A DNA stretch of 62,566 bases from a virus (lineage: Duplodnaviria > Caudoviricetes), in IMG/VR virus record IMGVR_UViG_3300027779_000030, positions 1 through 62,566 of that record; one strand, 5' to 3'. The notes beneath the pieces were generated by a model, which did no database searches, had not been told where the DNA came from, and worked only from the letters and a program-made list of their open reading frames with translations. Position numbers and translations under genes: made by a program. This document shows, piece after piece, positions 1-8,468 of this stretch. Each line of letters opens with the position of its first letter. The first letter of the stretch is position 1.

Positions 1-981
1 ATTTGGTGTTGTATATAACGGAGAATTTGATATGACTACCCCACTAGTATCAGATATTGCCCAAGATGTTTCTCCTGGGTAAGTATCAGGTATTACAGTT
101 ATAAGTAAGTTAGTTTCTCCAAATGGGCAAGATTGTCCTGAATATTGACAAGTACCATCATCTGAATTAGCCCATGGGTTATAGTTAATTGCTGTAGAAT
201 CAATACATCCGCCAAAACAATCTCCAGTTATTATGGTTAGAGTATCAGTATATGAACCATCGGCCAACTGTCCTTGGAAGTAATATGTAGTATTAGATTG
301 TTGATTATTCCATAATAATCCAGTATTAGAAAAATTTGCGGGATAAGGATACCACGTGGAACCTAATGTATTAATATCGGATGATTTTGTATATGCTGCC
401 ACTTGGCAATTTGGATTTGGCATATTAGACCAGTGATAATGTATTTTATTATTATTCCCATCGCAATACGTTTCTACCCATAGAGTATCGAGTCCTGCAC
501 ATGGTGGATATATACATAAACTATCAACTCCCCATGATGAGTTTGGATCATAGTTTGTAGCTATTGGATTCATACATCCTCCGTAAGGAGGAGCACATGG
601 TGCAATAGTTAAAGATTCAATATAACTATATCCATAATTACCTTCAGCGTAAGCTAAAGTATCTTCACATATATTTGAAAGTAGTACATGTCCAATAACT
701 CCAGCCCAGCTTAATCCATCTCCATATGAATCGTTTACAGTAAGAGTATAATTTCCTGAAACTAGAGAATCAATAAATATTGTTGTATCTGATAAACCAT
801 TATAATAAGGTCCTCCACTTGCAATAACTACAGTATTTGCATCTTGTAAAGTCCAAGTGCATTCTGATGCATACCCATCGAAATCAAATTCGAGGTGTGC
901 CCAAGTATCAGGGTTCTGTGCAAAACTATTAGATATGCACAAGACCATGGCAGTAATAGTTAGTAATATGTTCTTTAACAT
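1..981 (-). CDS. Secreted Bacteroidota-like protein with Cys-containing GC(T/M/I)D-type repeats; partial, runs off the left window edge; not in the ORF track
   Basis: ATG at 981, open frame to position 1. Translation begins MLKNILLTITAMVLCISNSFAQ (Sec signal peptide, A-Q cleavage). It contains GCMNPIATNYDP...C and GCIDSTAINYNPWANSDDGTCQY repeats and the motifs YTLTVNDSYGDG and PDTYPGETSW, which are typical of flavobacterial T9SS cargo proteins. Confidence 0.75.
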   Translation of the reverse strand, partial: MLKNILLTITAMVLCISNSFAQNPDTWAHLEFDFDGYASECTWTLQDANTVVIASGGPYYNGLSDTTIFIDSLVSGNYTLTVNDSYGDGLSWAGVIGHVLLSNICEDTLAYAEGNYGYSYIESLTIAPCAPPYGGCMNPIATNYDPNSSWGVDSLCIYPPCAGLDTLWVETYCDGNNNKIHYHWSNMPNPNCQVAAYTKSSDINTLGSTWYPYPANFSNTGLLWNNQQSNTTYYFQGQLADGSYTDTLTIITGDCFGGCIDSTAINYNPWANSDDGTCQYSGQSCPFGETNLLITVIPDTYPGETSWAISDTSGVVISNSPLYTTPN

Positions 982-1009
982 ATGTAAAAAGTTTTTTTAA
1001 TCGTAGCCA

Positions 1010-3445
1010 TTAAGCTGATGTTGTTTTTATATCTAATCGCTTTTCAATCTTTCTAGCTGATGTGATTTGTTTAGCTGCATCCCTTCCCCATCCTGCATTA
1101 GCTCTTGCACACATTTGTACAGCCTCATCTGATGTCCTAAATGAGTTGGGATCTATACTTCTACTCTTTAACCTATTCAATAGGAAAAGAACTGCTACTT
1201 TTGCTGCTAGATTTATGTCATTAAGTTTATCTGGATTAGATACAATATCCACTCCAGTTTCTTTTGCATATTTCTTATACGATTGCTTAAATGTAACTTG
1301 GTTAAATCCTCTTCCTCTATATTTATATCCGTCTCCAGGTAATACTGGGTCGTCAGATTTATTATTCCAGGTGTGGTATCCATTTTTAACTGATATGTGA
1401 CCGTATATTGTGTCATAAAAAGCAACATCATCTTTCTTTAATACATCTACTTCTGCTACGGTTAAATGTTTAAGTGTGCCTTTAAAAACAGACTTTAGGT
1501 ATGAACCTCCACTTCTGCTATATGAATATTCATTTTTAGGAACGAATGAGGTTTCTTTTCCAATAACTGATAAGAAACCAATTATTGTATTAGGGTTAGT
1601 TATTCCATGTTGTTTTGCTACTGTTTCTAATACCGCTATATTTTTAGCGGCAGCTCCCGTATAATTATGAGTTATGCTTGATTCTCCCGTTCTAACAATA
1701 TAGTTATTACTATCGGTATATGCCGATGTTCCATACCAGTGATTAAAGTAGTTTACAATAATCTTAGCCCATGCTTTTTCTGTAACATCTTGCTCAGATC
1801 CCGCTTCTTTATATAAAAATACCTTATTATTTTCTAGTTTGCAGACTCCTAAGTCTTGCCCTCTTCTATTAGATACGCTATATTCAATTTTATCTTTTCT
1901 ATTACCTTTTCTAAAGTATAAGACTCTTTTTTCTTCCCTATCCCATATTTCAAATTTCTTTGCTCCATATCTGGCGGAACTTTTCTTCTTTGATGTAGAT
2001 TTAGTTCTACCGGTCAAAACTTCTGCTGTTTCCGAATTAACCTCTCCGGTCACAGTTAGGTTGTTATCTTTTTGGAATTTTTTGATTTGTCCTCTAGTTT
2101 CTTTTCCAATTTTTCCATCCACTCCATATTTTGGAAGAGGATATCCTTTTTGAACCAGTGCTAATTGTATTTCTTTGACTTCATCGGTGTTTGACCCAAA
2201 TGATTCTGTTTTTACAGGTTTAACTTTATTAGTGTTTGTAATCTTTCCTTCTGTTACATACTTTTTATAAAATTGGGATGGAAATTCAAAATGTCCCTGC
2301 TCAATTCTTTCTACTATTTGTTTTGATTCCTCTAATTGTCGGCTTAGGCTTTCCCATCTACCATCATTGTAGAATTTAGCCATTCCCGGGCTTCCATATG
2401 TAAATACTACGGTTCCCTCTTGAGAAGGAAAATTAGATAGACTAAAATTCTTAGGTATAGATGGATCTATTAATCCGATTTTATCTACGTTACATCTATT
2501 TGCAACCTTAAATACTAGAAGTGCTCCTAGTGAGAATCCAGTTAAGTATATTTCCCCGACTCCCCTATCTCTTGCTTTTTTAATATAACTTACTATTGAT
2601 GATGTTGACGCTGCTTTCTTAAGAGCTCCACTTGTATCTGAATCAAAGGTAACAACCTCCCATGTTTTTTGTATTTCACTAGGAATATGTTTCTTTAGCT
2701 TTTCTCCAGAATAATTTTTTCCTCCAATAGCAATTAATATTCCCTTTACTTTATTACCTTCTGGGTTGGTTGATTCTTCTTCAGTAAAATCAGTCGAGGC
2801 ATTTGCTACTTTAGTTGCAATAGCATCTTCAAATTCTTTAGTCCTACTTCCTTTAAAGTAATCAGTAAATCCGATTAGGGAACTTTGAGATAATTTTCTA
2901 TTATGTATTCCAACCCTATGCCCTTCTCCAGATTTTTCATCATTTGTATTTCCCTCTATTGTCTTAAATGTTTTACTACTAACGTCAACTGCAGTTACTA
3001 TACCAGTATGTCCCTTACCACTCCCAGGTCTAGACATTATAAAAACTTGACCTGGCTTAACCAACGATGGGTTATTTCTAGCTGCGTCTATGTTTATTTT
3101 AACATCAGCATCTGATCTATCCCAGTGCCTAAGCACCCCAGCTGTTTGCGGAAGGGTATTAGCAATGTTTAGTGCACTACATAAATCATTGTGCATTGTA
3201 TATACAAATGCCATACACCAAGGGTATCCAGTATTTGGTAATGCTTTTCCGCTTTTATTATTATTAAGACCGGACGTCTTAACGTATCTATCAACATCAG
3301 TACCATGGTTTTTACCACGAGGTACCTCTTTTACTGGATAGTTTTTAACTAGTATTTCAGCAAATTTTTCTCCTGCTTCAGTAGGATCTTCAATAGATAG
3401 GGCATTTTCATGCAGCCAATTTTCAAAACTTGTAAATCTTTTCAT
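1010..3445 (-). CDS. Multidomain peptidoglycan hydrolase: CHAP + alpha/beta-hydrolase + PG-binding + GH19 lysozyme/chitinase
   Basis: CHAP motifs PWCMAFV...GHTGIV...TIEGNT; nucleophile elbow GFSLG with IDPS and a distal GH; PG-binding motif VKEIQLAL...GVDGKIGKET...FQ; GH19 motifs KET...NE and DGYKYRGRGFNQVT...NPD. Confidence 0.85.
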   Translation of the reverse strand: MKRFTSFENWLHENALSIEDPTEAGEKFAEILVKNYPVKEVPRGKNHGTDVDRYVKTSGLNNNKSGKALPNTGYPWCMAFVYTMHNDLCSALNIANTLPQTAGVLRHWDRSDADVKINIDAARNNPSLVKPGQVFIMSRPGSGKGHTGIVTAVDVSSKTFKTIEGNTNDEKSGEGHRVGIHNRKLSQSSLIGFTDYFKGSRTKEFEDAIATKVANASTDFTEEESTNPEGNKVKGILIAIGGKNYSGEKLKKHIPSEIQKTWEVVTFDSDTSGALKKAASTSSIVSYIKKARDRGVGEIYLTGFSLGALLVFKVANRCNVDKIGLIDPSIPKNFSLSNFPSQEGTVVFTYGSPGMAKFYNDGRWESLSRQLEESKQIVERIEQGHFEFPSQFYKKYVTEGKITNTNKVKPVKTESFGSNTDEVKEIQLALVQKGYPLPKYGVDGKIGKETRGQIKKFQKDNNLTVTGEVNSETAEVLTGRTKSTSKKKSSARYGAKKFEIWDREEKRVLYFRKGNRKDKIEYSVSNRRGQDLGVCKLENNKVFLYKEAGSEQDVTEKAWAKIIVNYFNHWYGTSAYTDSNNYIVRTGESSITHNYTGAAAKNIAVLETVAKQHGITNPNTIIGFLSVIGKETSFVPKNEYSYSRSGGSYLKSVFKGTLKHLTVAEVDVLKKDDVAFYDTIYGHISVKNGYHTWNNKSDDPVLPGDGYKYRGRGFNQVTFKQSYKKYAKETGVDIVSNPDKLNDINLAAKVAVLFLLNRLKSRSIDPNSFRTSDEAVQMCARANAGWGRDAAKQITSARKIEKRLDIKTTSA

Positions 3446-3456
3446 ATCTTAATTAT

Positions 3457-3951
3457 TTATCTTACTCGATCTAGTATAATTAACTGGGATCGATTGATTA
3501 TTTCATACGCTTTATCGACTGGTACAAATCCTGCCCAATCAATTTCTTCTATTTGAATATCTTCTTTATTAACGGTTAGTTCTGACATGCCTAACTCAGA
3601 TAAATCATCTACTCTATAGATATAATAATATAACTGCCAAGACACTTCTCCCTTTCTATTATAGGAGTTGGCAACGTTTACCTCTTTATCTAAAACTCTA
3701 GGATTTATAGATATTCCGGTTTCTTCTTTTACTTCTCGTACAGCAGCTTCTAGGTAATCCTCTCCATTTTCAATTCCACCCTTAGGAATACCATATGCAT
3801 TTCTTTCTTTATTTGAGTCGGATGCATGTACTAATAATATATTATTTTTATATAGTATACATACGCCTGCTGCTTTTTTAATCCCTCCACTCTTAGATTC
3901 AGTTATCCTTTTTAACTTATTTCTACTATTATATCGCTTAACTCTTATCAT
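3457..3951 (-). CDS. NUDIX hydrolase
   Basis: Intact Nudix box GGIENGEDYLEAAVREVKEETGI; N-terminal AAGVCI...ILLV strand. Confidence 0.9.
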   Translation of the reverse strand: MIRVKRYNSRNKLKRITESKSGGIKKAAGVCILYKNNILLVHASDSNKERNAYGIPKGGIENGEDYLEAAVREVKEETGISINPRVLDKEVNVANSYNRKGEVSWQLYYYIYRVDDLSELGMSELTVNKEDIQIEEIDWAGFVPVDKAYEIINRSQLIILDRVR

Positions 3952-4120
3952 ATCTATTTTTATATTTTGCCTTACTTAATTGTTCTCTTCTACGTTGGGA
4001 TTTTTTCTTGAACGTTCTTCTTTCTCTAAGTTCTCTAATCGTTCCTATTTTATCCACTTTTTGTCTATATGCCTTAAGTACGTAATCTATCCTCTTACCT
4101 TTAGTTTTAATAATTATCAT
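3938..4120 (-). CDS. rpsU: Phage-encoded 30S ribosomal protein bS21
   Basis: 60 aa, very basic: MIII...IDYVLKAYRQKVDKIGTIRELRERRTFKKKSQRRREQLSKAKY. Matches the bS21 pattern (ID.ALKR.K.K..K.G...ELR.R..F.KPS..RR) with the Bacteroidia-type C-terminal KAxY. Confidence 0.9.
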   Translation of the reverse strand: MIIIKTKGKRIDYVLKAYRQKVDKIGTIRELRERRTFKKKSQRRREQLSKAKYKNRYDKS

Positions 4121-4977
4121 TTACTTAAATATTTTGAATAATCAATGGTGTGCTTTGATTTAAATAACAATGCATCATATTGTTTATCTTTAAAGTAAGG
4201 AGCTACGTTTTCTTTTATTATTTTATGTTTTACCCAATTTGGAAAATTAGATTGATAAAAATCAGAGTATGCAGATTCATACATTTCTACTGCTTGATAT
4301 GGATTAATATTAGATACTTCCTCTATTTTATCTAGGTATATTTTTCCGTCGCTTGATTCTATTAATCGTATAGAATAAAAATCTAGGTCATATTTAGAAT
4401 ATATGTCCTTTGATATAGATTTTAATTCATTTAAGTAGTCAAATCTTTTTAACTTGCAATCTATTCTATATTTGTTTATTATTTCCTCTAAACAAATAGG
4501 AGAATCTTTAAATACTATTGCTTTGAATCTTGTATTTGGAATAATATCTTCTGAGAATGTTTTATATATTGAATTTGATTTTTTAAGCTTTCCTATTGTT
4601 TTATACCTATTCTCAGATGTTTCATTTTTTGCGACTACTGGAAATTTAAGCTTTTTTATATTTTTTATATCACTTACTCTCTTAGGAATATAGTCATTTT
4701 CAAAAAGATCTTCATATACCGATTCACTATTTGGAATAGAAGAAAGACCATATGTAAACACGTCATTCTCATTAATTATTGAATAATCTAGTGAGAATGA
4801 GTTACACATTATTACTGGTCTACTGTTATCTAATTCATTAAATTCGAAAACATTAGAAATATTATCAAAGTATGCGTATTCTAGTTTTTCATTGGATGCC
4901 ATAATTACCCTATTTAAATAGGAATTCGGATCTTTTGAAATAAGCTTAGAATATTCACCAAACGTCTTAAGCACCAT
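4117..4977 (-). CDS. ATP-grasp (RimK-like) fold protein, catalytic motifs apparently degenerate
   Basis: YIPK...LKFPVVAK and ELKSISKDIY..YDLDFYSIRLIESSDGKIYL resemble ATP-grasp segments. The usual D and E-x-N residues are replaced (SIRL, LDKIEE). Confidence 0.5.
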   Translation of the reverse strand: MVLKTFGEYSKLISKDPNSYLNRVIMASNEKLEYAYFDNISNVFEFNELDNSRPVIMCNSFSLDYSIINENDVFTYGLSSIPNSESVYEDLFENDYIPKRVSDIKNIKKLKFPVVAKNETSENRYKTIGKLKKSNSIYKTFSEDIIPNTRFKAIVFKDSPICLEEIINKYRIDCKLKRFDYLNELKSISKDIYSKYDLDFYSIRLIESSDGKIYLDKIEEVSNINPYQAVEMYESAYSDFYQSNFPNWVKHKIIKENVAPYFKDKQYDALLFKSKHTIDYSKYLSK

Positions 4978-4996
4978 ATAATTGTTTCATTTTTAT

Positions 4997-5004
4997 TATT
5001 TATA
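4997..5004 (-). promoter_or_regulatory. T4-type late promoter TATAAATA driving the ATP-grasp/bS21/NUDIX operon
   Basis: Exact T4 gp55 late consensus about 20 nt upstream of ATG 4977, followed by ATAAAA. Confidence 0.65.
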
Positions 5005-5008
5005 GTAA

Positions 5009-5016
5009 GATAAATA
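5009..5016 (+). promoter_or_regulatory. Late-promoter motif GATAAATA, divergent from the 4997-5004 site
   Basis: GATAAATAAAATAAAA about 18 nt upstream of ATG 5035; the same motif occurs upstream of many structural genes. Confidence 0.55.
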
Positions 5017-5034
5017 AAATAAAATTGACGAGTA

Positions 5035-6141
5035 ATGATCAAATCATTTAATTCATGGGACGATGTTAATGAAGCTAAGATTAGAGGAAAGCAGATATTA
5101 AGGTCCCCGAGTGGAAAAAGACAAAAGATTGCATTTAAAGTCCAAGCGGATAATAAATTTTTAATTAAAATCATTCATATGAATGATATTATTGTGGATG
5201 GAAAAATGACATTGGAAGGAGCTAAAGCTATAACTAATTTTATTAATAGTCAACTTGCCTTAGTAAATACTATCGGAAAAATAGATTCTACTTTTTTTAG
5301 TACTAAGTTTATTATATACACAGTAAAGAAAGACACTAATCGACAAGAAAAAGTTCAATTTACAATAGTATCAGATTCAGAACACCCAGAAATTCCAGCA
5401 GATACTCAATTTATATCTAGTGAAGATGCTGCTGCTCTTTTAGTAGCATATAATGCAACTAATACAGACGCAGTTGATTCAGGATTAAATGATGTTGTTG
5501 TTGATAATGAAGAAACAGTAGTAGTTGATGACACTGATGATGAACCGGAAATTGTAGAAGATGAAGGATCTGAAGAAGATGCAGAAGGATCTGAAGAAAT
5601 TGACGAAGAACTTTGGGTAAATGGATATAAGTTTATGTATACAATGAGAACTAACATGAAGACATACCTAATGAAGTTTGTAGAAGGTGGAGCAATTGAT
5701 GCTAACGTTAAAGGAGAAGATTCTCCAAATGGAGCAGTTTCTTGGGAAGATCCAAAAATTATGTGGTACACTGATTTAGATAATGCAGATGCAGGAACTA
5801 CATATGCTAAATGGGTGGATGAAGGAGCTCCTTTATATATTGATCAAGAAATTACTCATAAAATGGATGTAGACTTCTTTACTAAAATGTTTACCGATGA
5901 AGAATATAGAGATTCAATACTTAAAAAATATAATGATGAGTATGGTGATTCTGAAGTAAATTTAGAGAATATTAAAAATATGTTATATTATAAAGATAAT
6001 ACTAGGATTTTTCCATCTACTGTTAAAGGTAACGTAACAACTGGTGATGAGGTTGTAGCTACTACAGGAAAAGAAGTAGACATCGCTGCTGCTAAAGAAT
6101 ATGAAGATAACATAGTAAAAACTAAAAGAAAAACTTATTAA
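5035..6141 (+). CDS. Hypothetical acidic protein, possible internal head protein
   Basis: 368-aa ORF; N-terminus MIKSFNSWDDVNE resembles a capsid-targeting sequence; central D/E-rich linker with a 15-bp direct repeat (5563-5577, 5584-5598). Confidence 0.6.
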   Translation: MIKSFNSWDDVNEAKIRGKQILRSPSGKRQKIAFKVQADNKFLIKIIHMNDIIVDGKMTLEGAKAITNFINSQLALVNTIGKIDSTFFSTKFIIYTVKKDTNRQEKVQFTIVSDSEHPEIPADTQFISSEDAAALLVAYNATNTDAVDSGLNDVVVDNEETVVVDDTDDEPEIVEDEGSEEDAEGSEEIDEELWVNGYKFMYTMRTNMKTYLMKFVEGGAIDANVKGEDSPNGAVSWEDPKIMWYTDLDNADAGTTYAKWVDEGAPLYIDQEITHKMDVDFFTKMFTDEEYRDSILKKYNDEYGDSEVNLENIKNMLYYKDNTRIFPSTVKGNVTTGDEVVATTGKEVDIAAAKEYEDNIVKTKRKTY

Positions 6142-6157
6142 AATAAATATAAAACAA

Positions 6158-7783
6158 ATGTATAACCCTAACTTTTATAGAAATTATGGAACATATTTAG
6201 TAGAACAATCTACTGTTGTTTCTGATGAACTTGATCCTAGACTAAAGGGATACTTAGAAAACGACTCTTTCTTAGAGCACATTATGCCTGAATTAGAGAA
6301 TACTCCTGATGGGGAAACTAAGGAAATAGTAATAGTCGATAAAAATGAATTTGGAATATTAGATGAGGATAAGATATATCTAAAAGTTGATAAGTCTAAT
6401 CCGCAAGCTCCTATTTTTAGCATGTGGATATTAAATGACGAATATATTTATGGTGGTATTGATTTTGATTTACTTTCTACTATTGTACATAATGCTGCTG
6501 ATGAAGGATCTGTTATTGGTTATGTTGGAAATCTAATAGGCTCTATATTTGGAGCTGGAGATGCTGGGGATTCTGGGACAGATGAAGATACAATAGTTGC
6601 AGCAAGTGCTGCCCTTCATCAACTTGCTCATGAGAAAAGCATAGATGCAATGTTATACTTTGATAAGTTAGAAGAAATATACGCTGGAAAATATGGAGAA
6701 AGTTTAAAAGATATGCTAGAGACTGAATTTTCTGGAAGAGCAGAAGTTTCTGCATTACAAGCATTTAGGAGAGAAATTACTCCTTCAGTTTTAAGAGGAA
6801 TGAATCCTTTAACTATATTAGGAGATATTGCATTAACTGTAGTTACTCTTGGAGGATCTTCTGCATTTATGGCAGGATTAAGAGGAGCAACAGGAGGTGT
6901 TCAAGCCGCCAAAGGAATGAAAGGTATAAAGGGAGCAACTGTATTAGCCAGAGGAAGTGCTGCTATTGGATCAGGAGTAGGTGCTATATCTAGAGTAACT
7001 GGAATGGCTAAGCTATTTCAGAAAATGGGGCCAGCCGTTAGATTAAGAACTCTAACATCAGTAGGCGTTAAAACTGGTCATCCAATAAAGGTAATAAGCA
7101 CTAAGGGAGTAACCAGCATGAAGACTTTAGATCTATCAACAGATGTTACTAAATATTTAAAAGGCGCACAAAAGGCAACATTGGGTAAAAATCAATTAGC
7201 CTCGGCTCAATATGTTACTGTAATATCAAAAGGTGGAACGAAAAATGCCATGTTGTGGTCTGGTGTATTTGCTGGATCTGCTCCAAAAACACAAATCGCT
7301 ATTGCTACTGCAGGTAAACTAGCTGCTCCAGCAACAATTGCAGCAATGCACTCAGAAGCAGGAGGAGGAGAAGCTGCACCAGAAGCAAGCTTAGGAGCTA
7401 AAGGAGCAGAAGCTATGGGATGGTACGATACTCAAACTGCAGATCCTAGATCATTTATTGAAGCTCAAAAAGGAGCAGCAGCTACAGGTTTAGCTGAAAT
7501 AATATTTGATCTAAAGAAAGGTAGTGGTCTTTTTGGAAATACAACAAACCAGGAAGAATTACTAATGGCTTTAACTATTTTAAGTTTAGATGGAAAAGGA
7601 GCTAAAGAAGTTCAAGTAGCATATAAGAAACTTGATGGTGAAATGAACGTATACGCAGTACTAGATGATGAACTTGGGGGAGATATGTCAATGTTTGCAA
7701 AAGCACATTGGACTGCATGTACAGGAGAAGGAGCAGAGTATGCAGCTGGAATCAAGAATATTAGAGCAAGAATTAAAAAATAA
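6158..7783 (+). CDS. Annexin-repeat-containing protein with a central Gly/Ala-rich hydrophobic region
   Basis: Repeat 1: GDSGTDEDTIV...LEEIYAGKYGESLKDMLETEFSG. Repeat 2: GLFGNTTNQEEL...EVQVAYKKLDGEMNVYAVLDDELGG. Both fit the annexin pattern GxGTDE...Y...YG.SL...I..E.SG. Confidence 0.7.
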   Translation: MYNPNFYRNYGTYLVEQSTVVSDELDPRLKGYLENDSFLEHIMPELENTPDGETKEIVIVDKNEFGILDEDKIYLKVDKSNPQAPIFSMWILNDEYIYGGIDFDLLSTIVHNAADEGSVIGYVGNLIGSIFGAGDAGDSGTDEDTIVAASAALHQLAHEKSIDAMLYFDKLEEIYAGKYGESLKDMLETEFSGRAEVSALQAFRREITPSVLRGMNPLTILGDIALTVVTLGGSSAFMAGLRGATGGVQAAKGMKGIKGATVLARGSAAIGSGVGAISRVTGMAKLFQKMGPAVRLRTLTSVGVKTGHPIKVISTKGVTSMKTLDLSTDVTKYLKGAQKATLGKNQLASAQYVTVISKGGTKNAMLWSGVFAGSAPKTQIAIATAGKLAAPATIAAMHSEAGGGEAAPEASLGAKGAEAMGWYDTQTADPRSFIEAQKGAAATGLAEIIFDLKKGSGLFGNTTNQEELLMALTILSLDGKGAKEVQVAYKKLDGEMNVYAVLDDELGGDMSMFAKAHWTACTGEGAEYAAGIKNIRARIKK

Positions 7784-7808
7784 GTATTATTAAATACGTT
7801 TATATTTT

Positions 7809-7837
7809 AAAAGAGAGCAATTAGCTCTCTTTTTTTT
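7809..7837. terminator. Intrinsic, probably bidirectional, terminator between convergent genes
   Basis: AAAAGAGAGC-AATTA-GCTCTCTTTT perfect 10-bp stem followed by a T tract on +; lies between ORF 6158-7783(+) and the end of ORF 7821-8468(-). Confidence 0.8.
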
Positions 7838-8468
7838 GTATTCTAGATTTGATCTTATCTAAAATCTTTAATTTTTTATCGATTGATGGCCGTGATATTT
7901 CTCCATCTTTAGTATGGTAATATATGGATTTTTTACCATATGATGTTAAATACTCATCTTTTATATCAGATTCACATCTATCAAATATATCCTTTCTTGA
8001 AATTACAAAACATCCGTCTGGTATTTTAGAATACATTTTACTTTCATATATTGGATCATTGTACATTGTATTATCAATGTAGATGACAGTAGCATCTGAT
8101 ATATCAGAGTCAAAGAAAGATTCATTCAATATTGATATATTAGAATAGTCTAAATCTGGATAATCTATTTTAATATCATCTATGAATAAACATCTTTCCT
8201 TACTATATTCTATGCCCACTGACTTAAATACTTTATATTTTAATCCAATATGTATGGGTATTTTTCCAGTTCCACTTCCTAGATCATAGAATATTGTAGT
8301 ACTATTAAAGTAATCTTTAAATTTTTCAACTATTGCATCTATCGCATCAAAATTGCTTTCTCCGTATACGAGATGTTTTACTTCTAATCCTACTGTTTGA
8401 TTTGAATACTTTCCTCTAGATTTTATGGCGTGTATTTCCTTAAGGATTACATCTAACGGGTTGTTCAT
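7821..8468 (-). CDS. DOT1-like class I SAM-dependent (protein lysine) methyltransferase
   Basis: VYGE, FYDLGSGTGK, GIEYS and DATVIYIDN match the DOT1 family pattern (YGE / DLGSGxG / GxE / AxVIFxNN). Confidence 0.7.
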   Translation of the reverse strand: MNNPLDVILKEIHAIKSRGKYSNQTVGLEVKHLVYGESNFDAIDAIVEKFKDYFNSTTIFYDLGSGTGKIPIHIGLKYKVFKSVGIEYSKERCLFIDDIKIDYPDLDYSNISILNESFFDSDISDATVIYIDNTMYNDPIYESKMYSKIPDGCFVISRKDIFDRCESDIKDEYLTSYGKKSIYYHTKDGEISRPSIDKKLKILDKIKSRIQKKES

